DNA from: an uncultured Sangeribacter sp.
GTDB lineage: Bacteria; Bacteroidota; Bacteroidia; Bacteroidales; Muribaculaceae
DNA: 64,000 bases
Assembly (NCBI GenBank): GCA_964421525.1
Contig: CAYQXG010000002.1
Coordinates: 367-64,366, forward strand
Direction of reading: 5' to 3'
Position 1 is the stretch's first letter. Each line of letters opens with the position of its first letter. Shown in pieces: positions 56,724 to 64,000 of the stretch. The notes under the pieces are model-generated. The model was given only the letters and a program-made list of their open reading frames with translations, did not search any database and was not told where the DNA came from. The position numbers and the translations under genes are program-made.

Positions 56724-59264
56724 TCAGTTGCGGAGGATTCCGGAAGATGAGGAGTTGCTGGTGTTTAGTTCTTCAACATCTCTTTGTTTTTTACCGTAGT
56801 TGAAAGTATAGGTCGCCACGATATTTAAATCGGCATGCCGGCTTCGGTCGAATGACTTGAATGAACGGTCGTAGAAACTTGAAGTGAATTTCTGGGAATG
56901 TCCCATCCAGCTCCAGCGGGCGAAATTAGAGGCAGTGAATCGGATGTTCCAATTTTTATTGGCCCAACCAGCCAGGAAATAATAATATGACTTGTCTTCA
57001 TATAAATCGCCAACCATGAAACCATCGCTATATGAAGTTGGATTTGAATAGTATCCGGAGAAATAGAAATCCTTAAGATAGTAAGTTGCCCGAAGATCAT
57101 AATTAAGATCAAAATGAGTGTAATTGTAAGGCTTTCCATTTCGTGCAATGCGTTCCGTCAATGATGCGCGCAACATCAGTTTTCTACCGAACAGATAGAG
57201 ACTTCCCGAAGTGCCAAATCTGATCAGATGATATTCCCCCATGGGTTGGCGGATATATCTAATCATTTTATCACCAACAGGTTCGTAATCGTAAACGAAA
57301 CGGTTTAATACCTTCCATAAACTGCCGGAAAAAGATACATATCCGTTCTTTGAGGGAACCCAATTGTAGCCCAAGTCAGCCGAAATGTGAGAACACGGTT
57401 TTAGGTCGGGGTTTCCTGTATAGCTCATAAGATGGTTTGATTGAATGACGGCCTGGCTTTTGAAAGAAACATTAGGGGCCCAGGAAGAGTAGCCGAAGCT
57501 AAGGTTAAACCTGTGTGATTTATTTATCATGTAAGCCAAGGAGAGATCGGCAGATGGCAATGTAGAATGTGACTCGAACTCGTTGAAAATATTCTTATTC
57601 CAGATCCATCCGAAATCTGCATCTCCATAGAATCCACCGGCCTTTACAGAATAAGCCACTCCGGCGGTGTATCGTTGGTCTCTGCTCCGGTCGTATTGGA
57701 CAAAAGATCCTGAATAACGTGTGCGATAGAGATCATACTTGCCCGACATATAGGCACGTACGCTTCCTGCTTTTCCCAAATTTCTGTTGAGATTCAGATA
57801 TCCCGATAATGTGCTTGTGTGATCTACAGCTCCATTTACTATAGGAGCGAAAGATTTCTCATCATAAATTGAATTTTGATCCGTATAGGAGTAATTGAAT
57901 GTAGGGGTGAATGAGATGGAGAAGTCACGGGGCAATGAAAAGAAATATGAGCCGTTAAATCTAAAATACTTAGTTTTTGAGGAAGATTCAGTGGAATAAG
58001 ATGAAGTTGGAAACACCTCCGGAGAGTATACCACTTCTCCTTCTTGATAATTGGAAGGACAATCGGAAATGCCTCCTGACAGGGTTGATCTGGCGATAAT
58101 ATTGGCGGAACTGTAGGTAGCCTTTAAACTCAATCTGCCGATTCCTTCGCGTCTTCTTGAATTTGAAATTCCGGAATAGCGTTCTATCGTATTTGTCTTT
58201 CCTTCAGCCGAAGGGAAGCGGAACACCTCGTTTGTCGCTGATCCATAATGATATAAGTCATAGTGTTGAGCGAATCCTGCCAAATCATAGGTCATGCTTT
58301 TATACTGGTATCTTGTATTGACATTTATATACTGATCATTGGAAATCAAACATGAATAACCGTTAAGCTTGACATATCCGCCATAGACATATTTTTCCAT
58401 AATGAAGTTAACAACATACTTCTCACCCAAGAATCGCGGGTCGGAAGGCGATTCGAGGAATTCCACCCTCTTGACGTCCTGAAGATTCATACCTGTAAGA
58501 TCATCATCGGAGGCTGGCATATAATCGATAAACAGAGCCACCTGCTTTCCGGAAATAGTCTGAGGTTTGCCATCAATCACCATTAGCTGTGGTATTCCCA
58601 TCTGCTCAAGGAGATCTATGCCGCTCGTCGAAGTATTCTTCTGTCGCTGAAGCGGTACAAACACGGTCTTGTCAGATTCCATCTGAACAATATCAGAAAC
58701 AATATCAATATTCTGAAGTTGAATAGGCTTTGTTTTGAATCGTATTGTTCCTATTGAGGAGCACGAGAAATTCATGATTTTAGTTTCATAACCGGTACTG
58801 CTGATTTTTGCCAATACTGGCATACGGTCGCATGGAATAAGGAAATTACCGTCCTTATCCGTGATTCCAAAGGTGATTGCCACAGAATCCTTTGGATTTA
58901 GCAGCAACACTGTTGCGAAGCCCACTGGTTCGTTATATTCATTCACGAGTTTACCGCTATAGCGATATTTGCCCCTTTGCAATGCCTCCACGAGAATACG
59001 TCCTTTTTTCTCGCTGACAGAAATAGGGTTGCGGGCCACGATTGCCTTGACAGCAGCCTTCAGATCATCTGTAGAGATTGTTGCTGATGTGGAGTAGTCA
59101 TCCATTTCGTTATATATGAATGTAATCTTTGCGGATGGATTATCTTTGACAAGCTTTGCCAAAGCCTGCGCTATGGGTGTGTTATTGAACTTGTATTCGT
59201 AGCGCGCAGCAAAAGCGGCAACATAAATAACCGCCAATACTGACAGAATCACAAATCGTTTCAT
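56724..59264 (-). CDS. Outer-membrane beta-barrel protein with N-terminal STN-like signalling domain
   Basis: YKFNNTPIAQAL...ITFIYNEMDDY STN-like segment; carboxypeptidase-like GITDKDGNF; GNPDLKP; YTFNYG. Confidence 0.8.
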   Translation of the reverse strand: MKRFVILSVLAVIYVAAFAARYEYKFNNTPIAQALAKLVKDNPSAKITFIYNEMDDYSTSATISTDDLKAAVKAIVARNPISVSEKKGRILVEALQRGKYRYSGKLVNEYNEPVGFATVLLLNPKDSVAITFGITDKDGNFLIPCDRMPVLAKISSTGYETKIMNFSCSSIGTIRFKTKPIQLQNIDIVSDIVQMESDKTVFVPLQRQKNTSTSGIDLLEQMGIPQLMVIDGKPQTISGKQVALFIDYMPASDDDLTGMNLQDVKRVEFLESPSDPRFLGEKYVVNFIMEKYVYGGYVKLNGYSCLISNDQYINVNTRYQYKSMTYDLAGFAQHYDLYHYGSATNEVFRFPSAEGKTNTIERYSGISNSRRREGIGRLSLKATYSSANIIARSTLSGGISDCPSNYQEGEVVYSPEVFPTSSYSTESSSKTKYFRFNGSYFFSLPRDFSISFTPTFNYSYTDQNSIYDEKSFAPIVNGAVDHTSTLSGYLNLNRNLGKAGSVRAYMSGKYDLYRTRYSGSFVQYDRSRDQRYTAGVAYSVKAGGFYGDADFGWIWNKNIFNEFESHSTLPSADLSLAYMINKSHRFNLSFGYSSWAPNVSFKSQAVIQSNHLMSYTGNPDLKPCSHISADLGYNWVPSKNGYVSFSGSLWKVLNRFVYDYEPVGDKMIRYIRQPMGEYHLIRFGTSGSLYLFGRKLMLRASLTERIARNGKPYNYTHFDLNYDLRATYYLKDFYFSGYYSNPTSYSDGFMVGDLYEDKSYYYFLAGWANKNWNIRFTASNFARWSWMGHSQKFTSSFYDRSFKSFDRSRHADLNIVATYTFNYGKKQRDVEELNTSNSSSSGILRN

Positions 59265-59265
59265 A

Positions 59266-59892
59266 TCAGTAGTCGGTGATTTCATCTTCTTTAAGATAAA
59301 GGTTGATGCGTTCGAAAGAATTGAGATGATCCAGAAGTTCCTGAAGCGTTGTCGTTGAATCCCATTTATAGAAAAGTCTGATTTCCTTTGATTGAGGTAG
59401 CCTGAGATCTACCTTGACATCGTAGTATGGGGCAATTTCAGCCAAAACCCTGTCGAGTTTCTCGTCTTCAAACATTATTATGGTATCGTTGAGTGGAATT
59501 GCCGCTTGTTTCTTCTCTTCAATAGGTCTTTCTCCTGACAAATTACCGGCTTCCTGCTCAGCACTGCCATGCATCTCGCGGTTGCTGATTGAAACTCCTA
59601 CCATTATAATTGAACATGAGGCAATCAACATTGCAATCACAACGGCAATCTTCCTATGGCGTAGCCATGAGAATATTGATCTACTCTTGCGCGATGCCTT
59701 GAATTTTTCCCATTGGGAGTCGACCACACTGTCGTCTGTTGCAGGAGTGTGGATGAACGCATCCGAGCGTGATGCGCACAACAGCCGATAGAGCTGTTTA
59801 GTCACCGGGTCGGCAAGCAGTGAGTGAAGTTCGGATTCCGAGAATCTTTCAGGATGCTCAACTGCTTCAAGGAGTTTATCAATATTGTCCAT
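59266..59892 (-). CDS. Short anti-sigma factor (DUF4974/FecR C-terminal)
   Basis: One TM helix; FEDEKLDRVL.EI..YY.V motif; overlaps the sigma gene. Confidence 0.78.
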   Translation of the reverse strand: MDNIDKLLEAVEHPERFSESELHSLLADPVTKQLYRLLCASRSDAFIHTPATDDSVVDSQWEKFKASRKSRSIFSWLRHRKIAVVIAMLIASCSIIMVGVSISNREMHGSAEQEAGNLSGERPIEEKKQAAIPLNDTIIMFEDEKLDRVLAEIAPYYDVKVDLRLPQSKEIRLFYKWDSTTTLQELLDHLNSFERINLYLKEDEITDY

Positions 59893-60367
59893 TCAGTCGG
59901 TTTTTTAATATGTTCAAGGCATTGTTCAGGTGTTTGTAGACGACTCTTTCGCCCGATCCAAGCGTCTTAGCTATTTCGGAGGCGCTAAGTCCATCGTGAA
60001 ACTTCATTGAAAACACTTCACGACATTTTGTGGGCATCTCTTTCTTGGACTGTTCAATGAGTGCAAGTGTGTCTTCATCAGGCCAATCTTCAGAATCGTC
60101 TGTCTCGTTGTTTTCAATGAGATATAATTGTCGGAAACGATCCCTGACGTCAATGGCTTTCAATCGGTTGAGGCAGCTATTTCTGACACTTCTCATCAGA
60201 TATGCCGAATCGGGAGTTTTTCCCGCCTTGCCATCAAGAATAGTTGCGAACACATCATGCACAACATCGTAGGCTGCCTCATTGTCGTGAAGCATAGCAG
60301 ATGCAAGTGTGTGCATTCGTCTGTAATTGGTCTTAAAGAGAGCCTCTATCTCATCTAATGTCACCAT
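59879..60367 (-). CDS. ECF sigma-70 factor
   Basis: AAYDVVHDVF, YLMRSVRNSCLN, CREVF...GLSASEIA. Confidence 0.92.
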   Translation of the reverse strand: MVTLDEIEALFKTNYRRMHTLASAMLHDNEAAYDVVHDVFATILDGKAGKTPDSAYLMRSVRNSCLNRLKAIDVRDRFRQLYLIENNETDDSEDWPDEDTLALIEQSKKEMPTKCREVFSMKFHDGLSASEIAKTLGSGERVVYKHLNNALNILKNRLNGQY

Positions 60368-60465
60368 ACATTATAATAGACAATCAAGAGTGTTCAAACT
60401 GCACCTCCACCCATATTTTTTTTAAGATTATGTTTCAAATTTTCATGAACGAGACCCGGAACGGC

Positions 60466-60507
60466 AATAAACCCTCTGATCATAAAAAATGGTCAGAGGG
60501 TTTATTT
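60466..60507. terminator. Terminator hairpin downstream of small membrane ORFs
   Basis: AATAAACCCTCTGATCAT...ATGGTCAGAGGGTTTATT. Confidence 0.7.
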
Positions 60508-60539
60508 GGTTAAGATTCAGTTTTAATGTATGCATTATG

Positions 60540-60710
60540 TCATAAGCATAGTTTGACAATCAGATGTCCCAGTATTGACACGAATATAGCTATCGTCAGC
60601 GTAACCAGCAGTTGCCATCCCCATTTCAATTTCTTAAAAAACAGTCGGGTGGCCAATGTGCCAATGGCGATACTCATTGTAATGATGAAATCAGATATTC
60701 CCTCTGTCAT
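60540..60710 (-). CDS. Small 56-aa two-TM protein (not in ORF track)
   Basis: MTEGISDFIITMSIAIGTLATRLFFKKLKWGWQLLVTLTIAIFVSILGHLIVKLCL*; hydrophobic-basic-hydrophobic pattern. Confidence 0.55.
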   Translation of the reverse strand: MTEGISDFIITMSIAIGTLATRLFFKKLKWGWQLLVTLTIAIFVSILGHLIVKLCL

Positions 60711-60744
60711 AATATAGAGTTGCTATTGTGTACGTGAAATTATT

Positions 60745-60936
60745 TTATCGGTGGTTATCAATGTAGTGAGCTGCAATGACAACCCCAATACACAACATCA
60801 CAAGCAATATGCCTGAAATTATCAGAGCTTGCTTCTTCTTTGGTGTTTTGTTGTCGCTTCTTATATATGAGCCGAGAAAGCACCCATAAATCACACCCAA
60901 AAATGGGAGTAACATTGTAAAATGTTGAAATTTCAT
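60745..60936 (-). CDS. Small 63-aa two-TM protein
   Basis: MKFQHFTMLLPFLGVIYGCFLG...KTPKKKQALIISGILLVMLCIGVVIAAH; TATATTTG at 60960-60967 upstream. Confidence 0.6.
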   Translation of the reverse strand: MKFQHFTMLLPFLGVIYGCFLGSYIRSDNKTPKKKQALIISGILLVMLCIGVVIAAHYIDNHR

Positions 60937-61021
60937 TGTTTTTGTGCTATTATATTTCGCAAATATAATAAAAAAAGTTGGAATAGTCTGATAACCGGGA
61001 TAAATATCGGCTTTATGCATG

Positions 61022-61059
61022 AAAAAAGAAAGGTGCTTGGACCAAAGAACAAGCACCTT
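61022..61059 (-). terminator. GH32 gene terminator
   Basis: AAGGTGCTTG/CAAGCACCTT stem followed by TCTTTTTT on the minus strand. Confidence 0.75.
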
Positions 61060-61080
61060 AATCCATATTTTGGAAGAGGG

Positions 61081-63441
61081 TCATTTCAAAATCATTTTTC
61101 TTCCACCGACGATATAGATACCTTTGCTGAGGTTATCAGAAGATTCCGACAGGGATTCTGCCATCTTAACACCTGACAGGTTATATACGTTTTTGTCAGC
61201 TTGAGACTGATTGAAGTCATCAAAGATTGAGTTGACAGCATCGGTACCTTCTGAAGTAAGTGTCCAGGCACCTACCAACGGAGCATTCACAGCACCTCCT
61301 GTACTGAACACTTCCACTCCGTCGGCATCAGCATCCATAGGATAAACTCGAATTGATGTTGCCCATTTATCGTTGACAAAGATATCTACGATTGATCCAT
61401 CGAGAAATATGTCGAGTGTCATTTCATCTCCTTCGGCAGGTTTCTCCGGCAAAACGGCACGGTAGATGCCATTGTAAACACCATTATCATTTGAAAGACG
61501 ATTCAGATTGGAGAAGTCTGCAATAAGCTCATTTGTGGCAGGATTGTAATAGATTTTTCCTTCACCGGAGATGCTCTTAAACACGTTGAAGCCAAGTGAT
61601 GCATTCCCTACATTGAATTTGGCATATAGTTCCACCTGGCGTCCGGAAACATTGCCAAGTGTTTGTTCGGAGTCGATTGAGACATCAGATAGTATGGCAG
61701 ATGCTCCACCTGAACGCAGGTTGCGCAATCCTTCAAAAGGTTTCTGAAGGAGATTGCCCTGACTGTCAAGATAAATCTCTCTTGGGAATGAGTATAGGTG
61801 TGCCCATCCCCATTTGCAGTTTTCAGAGGTAGCCACTTTGTCCGGCACAATACCAAGAGTTATTGTCTTGCCATCTTTCTGGTATATTGTGGGGGAGAGG
61901 AGTCCATAGCCATCCTTGCTTATGAGTTCAAAATCACGTGGCTTGTCAGAGTTTGAATCTGGGGAGAAAGTGCCGTCAGCATTGATATCTCCGGTCCAAT
62001 ACAATGTGTGAACTCCGGTTGCAGTCTCAAGGGGAGTCACAGTGACGAGCCATTTGCCATTTTCCATGTGGGTCACAGTCGGCATTTCCCAAAAACGACC
62101 GTCAGCCTCCCTTGATGTGCCTTGGAAGAAAATCTTTCCGTCGTTGCTCCATCTGCCGCTCGCAGGGTCATATTTATGCAGGGTAGCCGCGCCTATATTA
62201 TCTCTTGAGGTTCCGACTATGATGTAGGCATCATTCCCGTTACGGAAGAAATATGGATCGCGGAAATCATCGGAAAGCCCCATTGGTTTTCCATTAATGA
62301 TAGGGTTGTTTTCAGCTTTTTCCCAGTTGATGAGATTCTCATCTGTTGGTATCGCCCGGGCTATCATGGCTTTCTGATAGTCTACGGCAGTGTAGATTGC
62401 ATTGGGAATCCCCCCTGTGATCTCATCATCGGAGAACACGCATCCGCTCCAACAACCTTTGATGTCATAGCTTTCGGCCGGCGCTATTGCAATTGGCTCT
62501 TCTTTCCAGTCGTAGAGATTTGAACTGGAAATGTGGCCCCAATGCAGTCTGGTCATGTAGGGACCGTTTGCATTTTTTTGAAAAAACACGTGGTAGCGTC
62601 CATTCGAATAAACCATTCCGTGGGTCTCGTTGGTCCAGCCGGCGGCAGGCATACCGTGGAATTGCGGGCGCAGAAGGTCTCCCTCAAAACGCGATGCCGG
62701 GATAGAGAGATCGGCAGGATTCTCAGCCTTTGCGCTGGCAATTTCTTCCTCGGTCATGGCATTGTCGAACACTTCGATTTCATCGATAAGGCCGTTGAAA
62801 GTCTCGATAGAGAAATCACCTGAAATTGCTCCGGGTGCTTTGCCAATCGACATATTGCCTCCGTCTACATTCATACTGCCGGCAACTTTTCCTGAGGCAA
62901 CGGGTTGCCCATTACGATAAAGGGTCAACTTTTTTGCAGGGCCGTCAAATACGGCTACAAGATTACTCCATTCATAACGTGGCAAAAGGTCGTCTGCCTC
63001 TATCTCTATAGGCCAGCCGTCGCTATAAGTCCTGAAAGAATACTTGCCGGTGTAGCCAAGTTTGAATTCCCATCCGGAGACCTTCGATTCATCAAGATTT
63101 CCGGCGATACGGATTTTTTCGTCGGTCGGAGTGTCCATTTTAACGATAGGATATGTCTCAGGGGCAATCCACAGCGAGATAGTCAGCAATTCATGGTCGC
63201 CAATACCTTTAATATTGCCCTGGGCATAGGTGGAATAGCCGTCGAAGCGGAGAGCCTTTCCTACAGCACCGTCAATGTTTTCATTGATGTGATGACCGTA
63301 AACTTGAAGATATCCGTTTGTGACGGTTTCAGTAAGTTCACCATATTTGTTGGTTTCCATTGGAAAATGGAGAACGCGCTCAGCCGGGAGGTTTAATGCC
63401 GAGAAAAGAGCTATAGATGTAAGGAGAATTTTTGAATTCAT
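61081..63441 (-). CDS. GH32 fructanase with LamG domain and T9SS-type C-terminal tail
   Basis: LamG FDGYST...GLIDEIEVF; WTNETHG, WSG, FRDP, WEMP; VYNLSG...KGIYIV..RKMILK tail. Confidence 0.88.
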   Translation of the reverse strand: MNSKILLTSIALFSALNLPAERVLHFPMETNKYGELTETVTNGYLQVYGHHINENIDGAVGKALRFDGYSTYAQGNIKGIGDHELLTISLWIAPETYPIVKMDTPTDEKIRIAGNLDESKVSGWEFKLGYTGKYSFRTYSDGWPIEIEADDLLPRYEWSNLVAVFDGPAKKLTLYRNGQPVASGKVAGSMNVDGGNMSIGKAPGAISGDFSIETFNGLIDEIEVFDNAMTEEEIASAKAENPADLSIPASRFEGDLLRPQFHGMPAAGWTNETHGMVYSNGRYHVFFQKNANGPYMTRLHWGHISSSNLYDWKEEPIAIAPAESYDIKGCWSGCVFSDDEITGGIPNAIYTAVDYQKAMIARAIPTDENLINWEKAENNPIINGKPMGLSDDFRDPYFFRNGNDAYIIVGTSRDNIGAATLHKYDPASGRWSNDGKIFFQGTSREADGRFWEMPTVTHMENGKWLVTVTPLETATGVHTLYWTGDINADGTFSPDSNSDKPRDFELISKDGYGLLSPTIYQKDGKTITLGIVPDKVATSENCKWGWAHLYSFPREIYLDSQGNLLQKPFEGLRNLRSGGASAILSDVSIDSEQTLGNVSGRQVELYAKFNVGNASLGFNVFKSISGEGKIYYNPATNELIADFSNLNRLSNDNGVYNGIYRAVLPEKPAEGDEMTLDIFLDGSIVDIFVNDKWATSIRVYPMDADADGVEVFSTGGAVNAPLVGAWTLTSEGTDAVNSIFDDFNQSQADKNVYNLSGVKMAESLSESSDNLSKGIYIVGGRKMILK

Positions 63442-63504
63442 CGGTTGGAGTGTTAGTTGTCAGATTTCAGTTACATTGTTGGATTAGGAGTTTTGAGAAT
63501 TATT

Positions 63505-63540
63505 CCACATGGGGTGGCAGGTTACCTGCTCCCCATGTGG
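63505..63540. other. Strong intergenic hairpin within fructan locus
   Basis: CCACATGGGG(T)GGCAGG-TTA-CCTGCTCCCCATGTGG; no U-tract. Confidence 0.6.
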
Positions 63541-63570
63541 ACATTATATAAAACGAAAGGAATAATATAT

Positions 63571-63999
63571 TTATTTCAGATAGTTGAGTATATTCTCAGT
63601 GAGTTTCTCGATATTTCCTTGATAAGGATTGACTCCGGAGTTCTGATTCCATTCGTATGCAGCAAGCCCCATAGCCACGCAACGACCATGTTCAGAATTA
63701 GCGTAGAAGTCTACGAGACCTGCAACGCAGTGGTCGCGGACATGACCCCAAGTGGCGAGAACAAGAGAACCTGTGGTAGCCTCGAAGTTTGCAATCACAT
63801 CAGGATACTGGCCACGTCCATAGATGTTGCAATCCCATAGGCAATTGTGGTCTTCACGCTGTCCCGGTCCGATAAGCGGAAGGTTTGAATAGCCATAGTT
63901 ATTGGGGTCTTCGAGTGTGATGCCCTGGAATATTGCGTGTTCGGCACGGTCATAATAACCTTGGTCGCCGCCATTCATGAAATCAACACCGAGATGAGG
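63571..63999 (-). CDS. DUF4960-like protein of fructan locus (5'-partial)
   Basis: Open to the window end; REDHNCLWD, LATWG, AYEW...NIEKLTENILNYLK; upstream of GH32. Confidence 0.7.
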   Translation of the reverse strand, partial: PHLGVDFMNGGDQGYYDRAEHAIFQGITLEDPNNYGYSNLPLIGPGQREDHNCLWDCNIYGRGQYPDVIANFEATTGSLVLATWGHVRDHCVAGLVDFYANSEHGRCVAMGLAAYEWNQNSGVNPYQGNIEKLTENILNYLK

Positions 64000-64000
64000 A

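Noticed and set aside
63441-63500. Weak 7-nt periodicity before the GH32 gene (similar near 19300, 20740 and 50970)
   Set aside because: Too degenerate to call by eye.
1-64000. CRISPR array, prophage or defence system
   Set aside because: No regularly spaced repeats, cas, phage or defence-like genes recognised.

Overview
Core-chromosomal segment of a Bacteroidales genome, most likely Muribaculaceae. The assignment rests on TAnnTTTG promoters, gene content and a T9SS-type C-terminal tail. It holds about 50 CDSs, tRNA-Arg(CCT), a cobalamin riboswitch ahead of btuBFCD, a likely S15 leader, and two parS sites near mnmG, so the window is probably origin-proximal. Housekeeping genes include cdd-era-der-cobB, a 2-oxoacid:ferredoxin oxidoreductase operon, rpsO, rnhA, ybeY-mnmG, apt-uvrC and nadB-ctp-mfd. 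The right end carries a membrane LuxR-like regulator/OMP pair, a metal-efflux module, an ECF/anti-sigma/OMP cluster and the end of a fructan locus. No CRISPR array, integrase or intact transposase is visible; there is only an IS-end hairpin and one GTAG-type REP. The best candidate for an undescribed system is a coupled operon of a GH29 fucosidase, CutC and a secreted transglutaminase-fold protein whose catalytic region aligns with eukaryotic peptide:N-glycanase (NGLY1/Png1), suggesting an N-glycopeptide deglycosylation module. Also notable are an orphan glsB coupled to a 4,6-dehydratase and an ATP-grasp ligase, a nucleotidyltransferase/GHMP-kinase fusion, 7-bp repeats that supply start/stop codons and signal peptides, and strong G>C skew around the parS sites. 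All functional calls come from motif recognition by eye; no searches were run.
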